A stretch of 60,371 bases of DNA, counting the filler. It is 7 parts of 7 records of this genome, joined end to end, with 100 filler letters (N's around TTAATTAATTAA, not from the genome) between each part and the next. Parts side by side here need not be neighbours in the genome. Positions count along the whole stretch, not along the records: positions 45,508 to 52,065 come from SRR31156797_15976; positions 52,166 to 60,371 come from SRR31156797_16003; 5 more parts are not named here. The stretch is one strand, 5' to 3'. A model generated the notes under the pieces. The model had not been told where the DNA came from, searched no databases, and saw only the letters and a list, made by a program, of their open reading frames with translations. Every line of letters starts with the position of its first letter. Position 1 is the first letter of the stretch. A program made the translations under genes and the position numbers. Below, piece by piece: positions 49,197 through 58,927 of the stretch.

Positions 49197-50420
49197 ATGA
49201 CCGGAATATTCTATGGTTGGTGGATAGTCCTGGCCGCATTCATGATTGCTCTTTATGTGGCCGGGACTATTTTTTTTGGCTTCACCGCGTTTTTGGAACC
49301 GATAGCGGAAGAATTCGGCTGGAGCTATACCATGATTTCACTGATTGCGGCCCTGCGCGGTCTGAACATGGGTATATTCGCTCCGTTGGCCGGCATACTG
49401 GTGGACCGGGTCGGTTCAAGAAAGATGATTGTTTTCGGGACTATTGTCATGGGGACGGGGCTTGTTTCCATTGGGCATACGAATTCCCTGGCCTGGTTTT
49501 TCATGTCTTTTCTGCTTTTATCTTTGGGGGCGGGCGGATGCACCAGCGTGGTGTTGATGACTGTTGTAGCGGCCTGGTTCAGGCGGAAGGTGGGCAAAGC
49601 CATGGGGCTGGTGGCCTGCGGCTTTGGGGCCGGGGGGCTGCTGGTTCCCTTGAACGTATGGTTGATCGATAATTATTCCTGGCGGACCGCTGCCATTGTC
49701 CTCGGGCTGGCCATGATTGCCGTGGGCATTCCCCTGTCGTTTGTAATCAGAAACACGCCCGAAGAACGCGGCCTTCTTCCGGACGGAGACGGGTATGCAG
49801 GGGTGGAATCCGGTTCGGTCGAGGCTGATGTGGAAGTTAACATGGAGTTGCGCCAGGCTGTGCGGACAAAATTGTTCTGGATAGTAAACGGGGCGGAAGC
49901 GGTCCGGATGATGGTGGTGACTTCGGTGGTTATGCACATTATGCCTTACATGGGCAGCCTGGGCGTGCCGAGGTTAAAAGCCGGCCTTGTGGCTTCGGCC
50001 ATACCGCTGCTCAGCATTATCGGCCGGTTGGGTTTTGGTTGGCTTGGTGATATATACAGCAAACAAAAAGTCATGGCCCTGGCCATTTGTTTCATGTCTA
50101 TAGGCATGTTGTTTTTATCTTATGCCGGGAACTGGTGGACGATTGTTTTGTTTCTGGTATTTTTCGCGCCCGGTTTTGGGGGCAATACCACGTTGCGGGG
50201 CGCCATTATCAGGGAAAACTTCGGTTTGACGTCGTTCGGAAAAATATTAGGCATTACACTGGGGATATCGTCGGTGACCGGTATTGTCGGCCCGGTCATG
50301 GCGGGCTGGTCATACGACGTCATCGGCTCTTATAAAGTTGTTTGGGTTGTTTTTACGGTGATTGCTTCCATATCCGGAGTAGTCATGGCGTTTGGCGGAC
50401 GGTCCGGCGACGCCGGATAA
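49197..50420 (+). CDS. MFS transporter (MCT/OFA-like)
   Basis: FYGWWIV start, GILVDRVGSR, GWLGD, about 12 TM helices. Confidence 0.9.
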   Translation: MTGIFYGWWIVLAAFMIALYVAGTIFFGFTAFLEPIAEEFGWSYTMISLIAALRGLNMGIFAPLAGILVDRVGSRKMIVFGTIVMGTGLVSIGHTNSLAWFFMSFLLLSLGAGGCTSVVLMTVVAAWFRRKVGKAMGLVACGFGAGGLLVPLNVWLIDNYSWRTAAIVLGLAMIAVGIPLSFVIRNTPEERGLLPDGDGYAGVESGSVEADVEVNMELRQAVRTKLFWIVNGAEAVRMMVVTSVVMHIMPYMGSLGVPRLKAGLVASAIPLLSIIGRLGFGWLGDIYSKQKVMALAICFMSIGMLFLSYAGNWWTIVLFLVFFAPGFGGNTTLRGAIIRENFGLTSFGKILGITLGISSVTGIVGPVMAGWSYDVIGSYKVVWVVFTVIASISGVVMAFGGRSGDAG

Positions 50421-50454
50421 GTCAATAACCATTTTTATTTGTCGGGAGGCGGTA

Positions 50455-51321
50455 ATGATAATAGATGTTCACGTTCATCCATTTTGTAAGGAAGCGACCA
50501 TAACGCCGAGCATTGACGAGGCTGTTGACAGAATGATGGGTTCTTTAAAGGACGAGGTCAAAATAGAAACGGCCCGGGCTATGGTGACGGCGTTGTTCAC
50601 CCAGCACAGCATCACGGACATAATAAGCGCCATGGACGCAAGCGGTGTGGATAAAGCCTGTATTGTGGCCATGGATATGACCACTCACTATGGCGTGGAA
50701 ATGGTGACCAACGACGATATCGGGCGATTTGCCGCTGAATATCCGGACAGGTTTATTCCATTTGCCGGCGTGGATCCCAACATGGGGCGGGCAGCGGTGG
50801 ACAAGCTGGTGTATGCGGTTGAAAAATACGGCTGTAAAGGAGTGAAGCTTGTTCCGCCTGTTCAGCATTGTGATCTTTCAGATCCCAGGCACGATCTATT
50901 GTGGAAGACGGCTCTGGATCTGGACGTTCTTGTCTGGACTCACACGGCTCACCAGAAATCCCACCCGGATTCGGACGCCAGGCTGGGGCATCCAATGCTT
51001 TTGGAACCGGTTGCGCTCAAATTCCCGGATCTTAAAATCGTGATGGGGCACTGCGGATTTCCCTGGGTCTGGGAAGCGTGGTCCCTTCTCAGCAGGCATC
51101 CCAACGTGTACCTGGATATTTCGGCTTATTATGAATTTTATAACCACATGCCCTGGGATGCTTATATTAAATCAGGAGTTGAGGACAAACTTCTTTTTGC
51201 CACGGATTTCCCTCTTATCGGCATGTCGGACACTCTGGCCGCGCTGGATGCTGTTGATATACCGGAAGAAATAAAGGTAAAGATAAAAGGCGCCAATGCG
51301 GCCCGGCTTTTAGGATTATAG
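50455..51321 (+). CDS. Amidohydrolase_2 family protein
   Basis: IIDVHVH, GVKL, MGHCG, NVYLDISA, LFATDFP, NAARLL; RBS GGAGG. Confidence 0.9.
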   Translation: MIIDVHVHPFCKEATITPSIDEAVDRMMGSLKDEVKIETARAMVTALFTQHSITDIISAMDASGVDKACIVAMDMTTHYGVEMVTNDDIGRFAAEYPDRFIPFAGVDPNMGRAAVDKLVYAVEKYGCKGVKLVPPVQHCDLSDPRHDLLWKTALDLDVLVWTHTAHQKSHPDSDARLGHPMLLEPVALKFPDLKIVMGHCGFPWVWEAWSLLSRHPNVYLDISAYYEFYNHMPWDAYIKSGVEDKLLFATDFPLIGMSDTLAALDAVDIPEEIKVKIKGANAARLLGL

Positions 51322-51362
51322 ATTGGTTTAAATGTATGTCCGCAAGCTTGACTGGGGAGCAA

Positions 51363-51779
51363 TCAGGGATGTAGCTGAGAATAGAAGAAATGCCCGATGT
51401 ACATGTCGCCGGAAGCGGCGGCTTTGATGGCCGGGATCAGTTCGGCGCTGGCTTCATTTTTAAGTACGTAACCGCTGGCGCCGGCTTCGATCATGGCTTT
51501 TACGTAGTGTCGGCCGGAACTGACCGAAATGGCCAATATTTTTACGTCGGGTAGATGAGATTTAATCAGCTGAGTGGCTTCAATTCCACTTTTTCGCGGC
51601 ATGGTTACGTCCATTATAATGAGGTCGGGGGCCAGGGATTTGGACAATTCTTCAGCTTCCTGTCCATCGGCCGCCTCGGCAATCACGACCATGCCCTGTT
51701 CTTCTGCGATCAGGCTGCAAATAGTTTGTCTTATTAAAGAGTCGTCGTCAGCGACTATTATTCTAAGGGTTGTCGTCAT
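51363..51779 (-). CDS. NarL-type receiver domain without an HTH
   Basis: IVADD, MDVTMP, GASGYVLK; the ORF ends ~25 aa after the receiver domain. Confidence 0.8.
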   Translation of the reverse strand: MTTTLRIIVADDDSLIRQTICSLIAEEQGMVVIAEAADGQEAEELSKSLAPDLIIMDVTMPRKSGIEATQLIKSHLPDVKILAISVSSGRHYVKAMIEAGASGYVLKNEASAELIPAIKAAASGDMYIGHFFYSQLHP

Positions 51780-52166
51780 ATTTTGTTTGTAAGCGTCTAA
51801 GGCTAATCCTCCACTCATGGATTCAGGATAATTTCTTTGTTGGAATACCTAAATAGGGGATTCTCTTATTCAGGCCTAATGCCAGGCGCTATTTAATTGT
51901 CATGTTAAGGAGCAAGGGTAGGGCTAAGAGTATCAACGAAAACTAAGATTTTGTAACGGGGTTTTAGAAAGGCTATATTATCAATATATTAAAGCTATGG
52001 CTGTCTGCAGATCTTGAATGGCGCCCAACAAGCCATCCCAAAAAAGAGATATGGCTCAAGGTCAANNNNNNNNNNNNNNNNNNNNNNNNNNNNNNNNNNN
52101 NNNNNNNNNTTAATTAATTAANNNNNNNNNNNNNNNNNNNNNNNNNNNNNNNNNNNNNNNNNNNNG

Positions 52167-54878
52167 AAGCCCATCCATTTGAAAGGAATCACCAGCGAAG
52201 AAGCAGTCGGCCAAACCGGCACCATAAGCGAACCTCCCAGGAGTATTTACGCCGTCCCTCTGTTATATGAAAACACTCTGTATGGGATTCTGGAAACCGC
52301 TTACTTTGAAGCCCTTGACAATTTGACAAGGGAATTCCTTGATTCAACTGCCGTGATTATCGCCGCCTCATTATATACTTCTACGCAGAACCAGAGAATC
52401 AAGGAGCTTTTTGATTTCAGTCAACAGGCAAACAAGGAGCTAGAGGCTAGACAACTGGAATTGGACGCCACCAACGAGGAACTTCAGGCCCAAACAGAAG
52501 AGTTGCAGGCACAGGCCGAGGAATTGAAATCCCAAACGGTCGAATTGGAGCGGCAAAGGGTCCGGGTGTCTGAAGCAGATCGCCTGAAGTCGGAGTTCCT
52601 TTCAAACATGAGCCACGAATTGCGCACTCCCCTTAACAGCATCCTGGCCCTGTCCCAACTGATGATAAACAGGGGAACAGGGAAAAACATCGATCAGGAA
52701 GCCGAATTTCTCGGCGTGATCGAACGAAACGGCCGCCATTTGCTTAACTTGATTAATGACATCCTGGACCTTTCCAAAATCGAATCAGGCCGAATGGACC
52801 TGGAGTTAGAAAAACTGGATCCCCGGCAGACAATACACGCCGCCGTGGAAACGATTAAACCCCTGGCTGACGAAAAAGGCCTGTCCATTGAGGTGGACGA
52901 CGGGGCTTCCAGAGAAATGCTCACCGACAGGGATAAGATACAGCAAATACTTATCAACCTGCTGTCGAATGCAGTGAAGTTCACCGAACAGGGAAGCGTT
53001 AAATTAACCGTCGCCGCCACAGACAACATGATAGCATTCACGGTCAGTGACAGCGGTATAGGTATATCCGAGGAAGATCTACCCAAAATATTCGATCAGT
53101 TCAGACAAGCGGACGGGTCCACAACCCGCAGATTCGACGGGACCGGCCTGGGCCTGGCCATTTGTCAGAAGCTGGCCAACCTGCTCGGAGGAGAAATCAC
53201 GGTTAAAAGCAATGTCGGCTTAGGCTCCGTTTTTACCCTGTCGCTTCCCCTGATGTCGGGAGAACCGGCCAAGCTTGACGCATTTACCGCTTCCCCGCCG
53301 ATACCCGTTCCTGCACCGGTATCCCTGAAACGCACTGTCCTGGTGATTGACGACGACCCAGTAGTTCGAGATCTGATTGTAACTTATCTGAAAGAATCGG
53401 GTTATGACACCTCGGTTGCCAATAACGGGAGGGAAGGACTAAGAAAGATCCGGGAGATCAGACCCTACGCCGTCACCCTGGACCTGCTCATGCCCGACCT
53501 TGACGGCTGGGACGTGCTCCGCCAAATGAAAAGTTCCGAGGATACAGCTGATATACCGGTCATCATCGTCTCCGTAGCAGAAGATCGGGCCACGGGGGCG
53601 GCAATGGGTGCGGCTGGATACCTGGTTAAACCGGTTGACAAGAAGCTTCTTTTGGATGAGCTTGATAAACTCTCCCTGACTAGTAAAATCAGCCGCATTC
53701 TGGTAGTTGACGATGAACCCGCGGTCAGGGTGTTGCTCCAGGATATTCTGGGCCAGACCTATTACCTGGTCGACACCGCTTCCGGGGGAGAGGAAGCCCT
53801 GCGTAAAATTGAAATCGATCCGCCGGACGCAGTGATTCTTGACCTGGTGATGCCGGATCTGGATGGTTTCACCGTCCTTAAAAAATTAAGAGAAACAGAA
53901 TTATTCCAAGATATTCCGGTTATTGTGCTGACATCAAAGGACCTCACGCCTGAAGAAAGGACAATTCTTAAAAAAGAAGTCCACAGAACCATATTAAAGG
54001 GTGAAATGGACAAAAACCGTCTGCTCACGGATCTCGATTCCGCTCTCAAGCAATTGGAAAAAACAAGACCGGTCGCAAAAAAGGAAAAACCTCTCCTTCT
54101 AGTGGTGGAAGATAATCCAACCGCGGCCCTGCAGATCAAAACAGCCCTGGAAGACAACGGCTTCGTGGTTATGCCCGCATCAGGCGGGGCGGAAGCCCTT
54201 GAATGCGTGAAAAGAGTAGTGCCGGACGGGATTATTTTGGACCTGATGATGCCGGAAATAGACGGTTTCCAGGTCCTTGAGAAAATCAGGTCCACTTCCT
54301 GGACCAGGGAGTTGCCGGTCCTGATCCTAACGGCCAAGGAATTAACCAGGGAAGACAAGGGCCGGTTGTCTCACAACAATGTTCAGCAACTCATTCAAAA
54401 GGGTTCGTTGGACCGGGATGAGTTGGTCGCCCGGGTCAGAAAACTGTTGGATCCGGAGCCTCAAATAATCGATGTTGAATCAGTGGAAAAAGTCAATATA
54501 ACAATTGCACAAAGCGATCACAAAATACTTATTGTTGAGGACAATCCCGATAACCTGATGACAATCACCGCCATATTGGAGGACGCCGGTTATGGCTTCC
54601 TCACCGCCCGAAACGGCCGGGAAGCCGTAGACGTGGCCCAAAAATTAAAACCGCACCTCATACTCATGGATATCCAGCTTCCCGGAATGAGCGGTTTGGA
54701 AGCAGCCGGCCTCATTAAATCGGATTCCACGCTTTCCGATATTCCCATTATCGCTCTTACAGCCAAGGCCATGCGCGGCGATCGCGAGCAGGCCCTGGAA
54801 AAAGGCTGCGACGATTACCTGGCCAAACCAATCAACCCGGAGGATCTGGTCGGCAAGATCAGGAAATGGATGGGCTAG
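52167..54878 (+). CDS. Hybrid sensor histidine kinase: GAF, coiled coil, HisKA-HATPase, four receivers (5'-truncated)
   Basis: MSHELRTPL, NLLSNAVKFT, DSGIG, GTGLGL; four DD/ED...D..MP/LP receiver domains. Confidence 0.93.
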   Translation, partial: KPIHLKGITSEEAVGQTGTISEPPRSIYAVPLLYENTLYGILETAYFEALDNLTREFLDSTAVIIAASLYTSTQNQRIKELFDFSQQANKELEARQLELDATNEELQAQTEELQAQAEELKSQTVELERQRVRVSEADRLKSEFLSNMSHELRTPLNSILALSQLMINRGTGKNIDQEAEFLGVIERNGRHLLNLINDILDLSKIESGRMDLELEKLDPRQTIHAAVETIKPLADEKGLSIEVDDGASREMLTDRDKIQQILINLLSNAVKFTEQGSVKLTVAATDNMIAFTVSDSGIGISEEDLPKIFDQFRQADGSTTRRFDGTGLGLAICQKLANLLGGEITVKSNVGLGSVFTLSLPLMSGEPAKLDAFTASPPIPVPAPVSLKRTVLVIDDDPVVRDLIVTYLKESGYDTSVANNGREGLRKIREIRPYAVTLDLLMPDLDGWDVLRQMKSSEDTADIPVIIVSVAEDRATGAAMGAAGYLVKPVDKKLLLDELDKLSLTSKISRILVVDDEPAVRVLLQDILGQTYYLVDTASGGEEALRKIEIDPPDAVILDLVMPDLDGFTVLKKLRETELFQDIPVIVLTSKDLTPEERTILKKEVHRTILKGEMDKNRLLTDLDSALKQLEKTRPVAKKEKPLLLVVEDNPTAALQIKTALEDNGFVVMPASGGAEALECVKRVVPDGIILDLMMPEIDGFQVLEKIRSTSWTRELPVLILTAKELTREDKGRLSHNNVQQLIQKGSLDRDELVARVRKLLDPEPQIIDVESVEKVNITIAQSDHKILIVEDNPDNLMTITAILEDAGYGFLTARNGREAVDVAQKLKPHLILMDIQLPGMSGLEAAGLIKSDSTLSDIPIIALTAKAMRGDREQALEKGCDDYLAKPINPEDLVGKIRKWMG

Positions 54879-56288
54879 GTGCATCAAAATATCCAGATAG
54901 CGCCAGTGGGTGAATATAGAACCTCAAACGATCCCGGCATAAAACTGATAGCCATCGTCGGATCATGCGTGGCTGTGGCTCTTTATGATACGGCCGTAAA
55001 AACGGCGGGGCTCCTTCACGTTGTGCTGCCAGGCGGAGATAAAACCGATAAAAGCAGCCGGCGCAACACTTTCTACGCCGACACCGGAATACCCGTTCTA
55101 TTAGCGGAAATGATCGGGATGGGAGCACGCAAGGAAAATATGAAGGCTTATATCGCCGGAGGCGCTTCCATGCTCACCGACGGAATTATGGGAGATGTGG
55201 GGCGTAGAAACCTGGAAGCGGTCCGCGCAATTCTGGAAGCGGAAGGTCTGCCTTATGAACACGCCGGAATTGGAGGAAAAATCGGTCGCAGGATAGAAAT
55301 GGATGTCGAGACCGGACGATTAACTGTATTCGAGACTTTGAAACCTTCTATACCGGAAACGGTCGACACGGGAGATAAAATTGATCGAAGATTGGTCACA
55401 GAGGCAGTCAACAACCTGACCAGCCTGCGTCCTAATCCACACCTGTCCGGTAAATTGCTAGAAGCAATACATCAACAGTCCATTAACTGGGATGAAGTCC
55501 GGCGAATAACATCGCGGGATCTCATTTTAAGTTTGCACGTATTTCGCTTAATGAATTCATCCTATTACGGTCAACCAGGTCGAATATCGTCCTTTCAGGC
55601 AAGCCTGGAAAAACTGGGCCCCAAACAAGTGCGTAGAATCCTTGTGGTGGCGGCCAACATGAGGCAGGCGGACAGTCACATAAGCGATTCGGGGACGCAA
55701 TATATACTTCTATCTAGACGCTACCTGGCCGCGGCCGTTATATCCAGACGACTGGCCGGCCGAACGGCGGCCCAATTAAGCAATGAAGCATTTACGGCCG
55801 GGTTATGCCGCGGCGCGGGTCCGCTTGTTTTGTTGGCCCGGGCGCACCAGACAGCGCCGACCGGCGCCCGGGATATTGATCCCTGGAAAAGCCAGGATAG
55901 TCAACTCAGATCCTTGAGGGCCGTCGGACCGCAAAAGCTCGGCGGTGCGATCCTGTCCGAGCTTGGTTTTCCTGAAGCGATCGTCAAAGCCGTTGCAGGC
56001 CGCACCGACTCCATTGGTGAAAGTGGAGGTTCGGACGACTTGGCTGTAATAGCCGACGTAGCCTGCGGGATAAGCTTTCTATTGACCCAGGCGCCTTTGA
56101 CAGAAGCCGCGGCCGGATATTTATCCCAGGATAACCTCAACAAGGTCGGTCTTAAAACAGGACTGGCCGGCCTCGATCCCGAATTTTTTATAGAATTAAA
56201 AAATTGGGGATTGCTGGAACCATTAAATTCCGATTCCATGAACCTTTTGGAAAATGGTAATATCAATCAATTTGTTTACGGTGTTTAG
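54879..56288 (+). CDS. CheD-like deamidase fused to an HDOD domain
   Basis: VGSCVAVALYD...GLLHVVLP, YADTG, AGGA, VGRRN (CheD); DLILSLHVFRLMNSSYYG, AFTAGL (HDOD). Confidence 0.82.
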   Translation: MHQNIQIAPVGEYRTSNDPGIKLIAIVGSCVAVALYDTAVKTAGLLHVVLPGGDKTDKSSRRNTFYADTGIPVLLAEMIGMGARKENMKAYIAGGASMLTDGIMGDVGRRNLEAVRAILEAEGLPYEHAGIGGKIGRRIEMDVETGRLTVFETLKPSIPETVDTGDKIDRRLVTEAVNNLTSLRPNPHLSGKLLEAIHQQSINWDEVRRITSRDLILSLHVFRLMNSSYYGQPGRISSFQASLEKLGPKQVRRILVVAANMRQADSHISDSGTQYILLSRRYLAAAVISRRLAGRTAAQLSNEAFTAGLCRGAGPLVLLARAHQTAPTGARDIDPWKSQDSQLRSLRAVGPQKLGGAILSELGFPEAIVKAVAGRTDSIGESGGSDDLAVIADVACGISFLLTQAPLTEAAAGYLSQDNLNKVGLKTGLAGLDPEFFIELKNWGLLEPLNSDSMNLLENGNINQFVYGV

Positions 56289-56312
56289 CAACATGCGGAT
56301 GCGATAAAAACG

Positions 56313-58319
56313 GTGATTAACATGGATGCTCCAACAATACTGGCCATTGACGATCAAAACGATAACTTGATAACGCTGTCGGCGCTGCTGATTGAATATA
56401 TACCGGGTTGTGTGGTCTTGACCGCGGCATCCGGAATCGAGGGAATAGAAAAAGCCAGGTCCCTTAAACCGGACGCCATACTCCTGGACATTCAAATGCC
56501 CGGAATGGACGGTTTCGAAGTCTGTCAAATACTGAAATCCGATATATCCACCAGCCACATCCCATTGATTTTTCTGACCGCGGCGTACACGGATTCAAAA
56601 AGCCGCATAAGGGCGCTTGAAATTGGCGGCGACGCCTTTTTGGCCAAGCCAATCGACCAGGGCGAGTTGATCGCCCAGGTTAAAGCCATGCTCAGGATTA
56701 AAATGGCTGATGAAGCATTGAGGCAAAGTGAACAAAAGTATAGGACATTGTTCGAAAACATGACCGATGTTTTTTTTAAAACCGACCTGCACGGAAATCT
56801 GCTCATGGTCAGCCCGTCCGGGGCGGAAGTCTTCGGCTATGAAAACGCCGATGAAATGATCGACATCAATGTTCCCGAAGTGCTATTTATCCGACCTGAA
56901 GAATGGGAGTCTATTTTAAATAATACGACGGCAAAAGAACAAAGAACCCATCAAATTGAATTTAAAAGAAAAAATGGCGATCAAATAACGGTCGAAGCTA
57001 ATATTAAAATTCTGTACGATGCAAATGGGCGACCAGCAGGCGCCGAACAGATACTCAGGGACATATCCGACCGCAAGCATGTAGTGGAACTAAGAGAGTC
57101 TAACGAAAGACTGGAAAAGGAAATCAAGGAAAGGAATATAGCCGAACAGGAAAAGGCATCGCTGGAAGTTCAGTTGCGACAAGCCCAGAAAATGGAGGCC
57201 GTGGGTACGCTCGCAGGAGGAATTGCTCACGATTTCAATAATATATTGGCAGCTATAATCGGCTATACCGAACTTTCCCTAATGGATGTACCAATAGGCA
57301 TGCCCGTGCGCTTCAACCTGGAGCAAATCCAGAGTTCCGCCCTCAGAGCCCGGGACCTGGTCAAACAGATTCTAAGTTTCAGCCGTCAAACCGAACAGAC
57401 AAGGAAAACCATCAACCTGGACCCGATTATCAAGGAAACGGTCAAATTACTGCGGGCCACCATCCCTACCACCATAGAGATTGTCCATGAAATCGATCCC
57501 GATCTGAATCCGGTTGAAGCCGACCCCACCCAGATACATCAATTAATACTTAATTTAGGCGGCAATGCGGCTGATGCGATGAAAAAGTCGGGCGGGGTCA
57601 TGCGGCTCAGTTTGGTAAACGTATCTGTGGACAAATCCCAGGCCGAAAATCAAATAGATTTAGCCCAGGGGAATTACGTTAAAATTACCATCACGGATTC
57701 CGGCCAGGGCATCCCGCCTGATATCATAGAGCGTATTTTCGATCCATTTTTCACCACCAAGGAAGTCGGTTCGGGCACCGGTATGGGATTGAGCGTGGTT
57801 CATGGGATAGTAAAGGGGCATGGCGGATCAATATCCGTTGAAAGCAAATTCGGGCAAGGCGCCTCCTTTCATATTTATTTACCTGTTTCCAAATCAACGG
57901 AGCCCTATGAGGAAAAAAACAATAACTCGCTTATGAAGGGAGTTGAAAGAGTCCTTTTTGTGGACGACGAGATATCTCTGGCCGAATTTGCCCGGCAAAT
58001 GTTGGATAAACTCGGGTACAAGCCCGTCATAAAACATTCCGGCCCTGAAGCGCTGGATGCTTTTCGCAAAGACCCGGATTCCTTTGATCTGATTATCACC
58101 GACATGGCCATGCCCCACATGACCGGCGCTGAATTATCAATGAAAATTATGGAGATACGCCCAAACATGCCCATAATCCTATGCACCGGGTACAGCGACC
58201 AAATTGACGAGTTAAAATCCCGGGAACTGGGAATAAAGAAAATGCTGCTAAAACCGCTTTCCGTATCCGAAGCAAGCAGGGCCATTCGGGAAGTATTGGG
58301 CAAAAGCCGACCATATTGA
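56313..58319 (+). CDS. Hybrid histidine kinase REC-PAS-HisKA-HATPase-REC (CckA-like)
   Basis: [34 protein letters not shown]; receivers at both termini. Confidence 0.93.
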   Translation: MINMDAPTILAIDDQNDNLITLSALLIEYIPGCVVLTAASGIEGIEKARSLKPDAILLDIQMPGMDGFEVCQILKSDISTSHIPLIFLTAAYTDSKSRIRALEIGGDAFLAKPIDQGELIAQVKAMLRIKMADEALRQSEQKYRTLFENMTDVFFKTDLHGNLLMVSPSGAEVFGYENADEMIDINVPEVLFIRPEEWESILNNTTAKEQRTHQIEFKRKNGDQITVEANIKILYDANGRPAGAEQILRDISDRKHVVELRESNERLEKEIKERNIAEQEKASLEVQLRQAQKMEAVGTLAGGIAHDFNNILAAIIGYTELSLMDVPIGMPVRFNLEQIQSSALRARDLVKQILSFSRQTEQTRKTINLDPIIKETVKLLRATIPTTIEIVHEIDPDLNPVEADPTQIHQLILNLGGNAADAMKKSGGVMRLSLVNVSVDKSQAENQIDLAQGNYVKITITDSGQGIPPDIIERIFDPFFTTKEVGSGTGMGLSVVHGIVKGHGGSISVESKFGQGASFHIYLPVSKSTEPYEEKNNNSLMKGVERVLFVDDEISLAEFARQMLDKLGYKPVIKHSGPEALDAFRKDPDSFDLIITDMAMPHMTGAELSMKIMEIRPNMPIILCTGYSDQIDELKSRELGIKKMLLKPLSVSEASRAIREVLGKSRPY

Positions 58320-58371
58320 TCAGTAGTCTTCATAAAGCCTTTTCCATACCTGTAATTACATGCTCACAAAA

Positions 58372-58424
58372 TTAGTTGACCTGCCAACCTTTTTCAGATA
58401 TTTTAGTTGGCAGGTAAACTAAAA
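58372..58424 (+). promoter_or_regulatory. Putative MarR operator pair overlapping the promoter
   Basis: TAGTTGACCTGCCAACC and its near-inverse TAGTTGGCAGGTAAACTA; TTGACC-17 nt-TATTTT. Confidence 0.65.
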
Positions 58425-58434
58425 GGAGCGCCGG

Positions 58435-58926
58435 ATGTCGAATAAACCCCTGGGATGGTGGATAGGGAATATTAACCGCCAGTTGCACAGGCTTTACCTG
58501 AAGTATTTGGAAGAATACGGCATCGGCGGAGGGCAAATTGCCATACTGATGGGAGTTATAAAGCATCCGGGAGTCAGCCAGCAGATTATTTGCGAACATA
58601 TTGGAGTGGACAAGTCAACCACGACCAAGGCCATAAACAAACTCATACAGGCCGGGTTGATCCATAAAACCAGGGATCCGAATGACAGAAGATGTTACAG
58701 CCTTTACCCCACTCACAAATCCCTGGCCATCGAACCGGACCTGGTGGAAGTCATTTGGGGTATGGAGGAGATCCTGCTCAATGGCTTTACCAGTGAGGAA
58801 AAAATACAGACGCTTTCCATCCTGGAAAAACTGCTGAAAAACCTGACTGAAGAATTGGAAAACGACCTGACGGCCGGATGCGGCATTCAATGCCTTAAAG
58901 AACAGATTATAAAAGCTGAAAAATAA
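58435..58926 (+). CDS. MarR family transcriptional regulator
   Basis: GVSQQIIC...DKSTTTKAINKL...GLI...DPNDRR. Confidence 0.92.
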   Translation: MSNKPLGWWIGNINRQLHRLYLKYLEEYGIGGGQIAILMGVIKHPGVSQQIICEHIGVDKSTTTKAINKLIQAGLIHKTRDPNDRRCYSLYPTHKSLAIEPDLVEVIWGMEEILLNGFTSEEKIQTLSILEKLLKNLTEELENDLTAGCGIQCLKEQIIKAEK

Positions 58927-58927
58927 A

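Noticed and set aside
7181-52165. Six recurring N-flanked TTAATTAATTAA motifs, and apparent gene neighbourhoods across them
   Set aside because: Artificial concatenation linkers. Genes on either side come from different contigs, so cross-junction context and ORFs containing X runs are meaningless.
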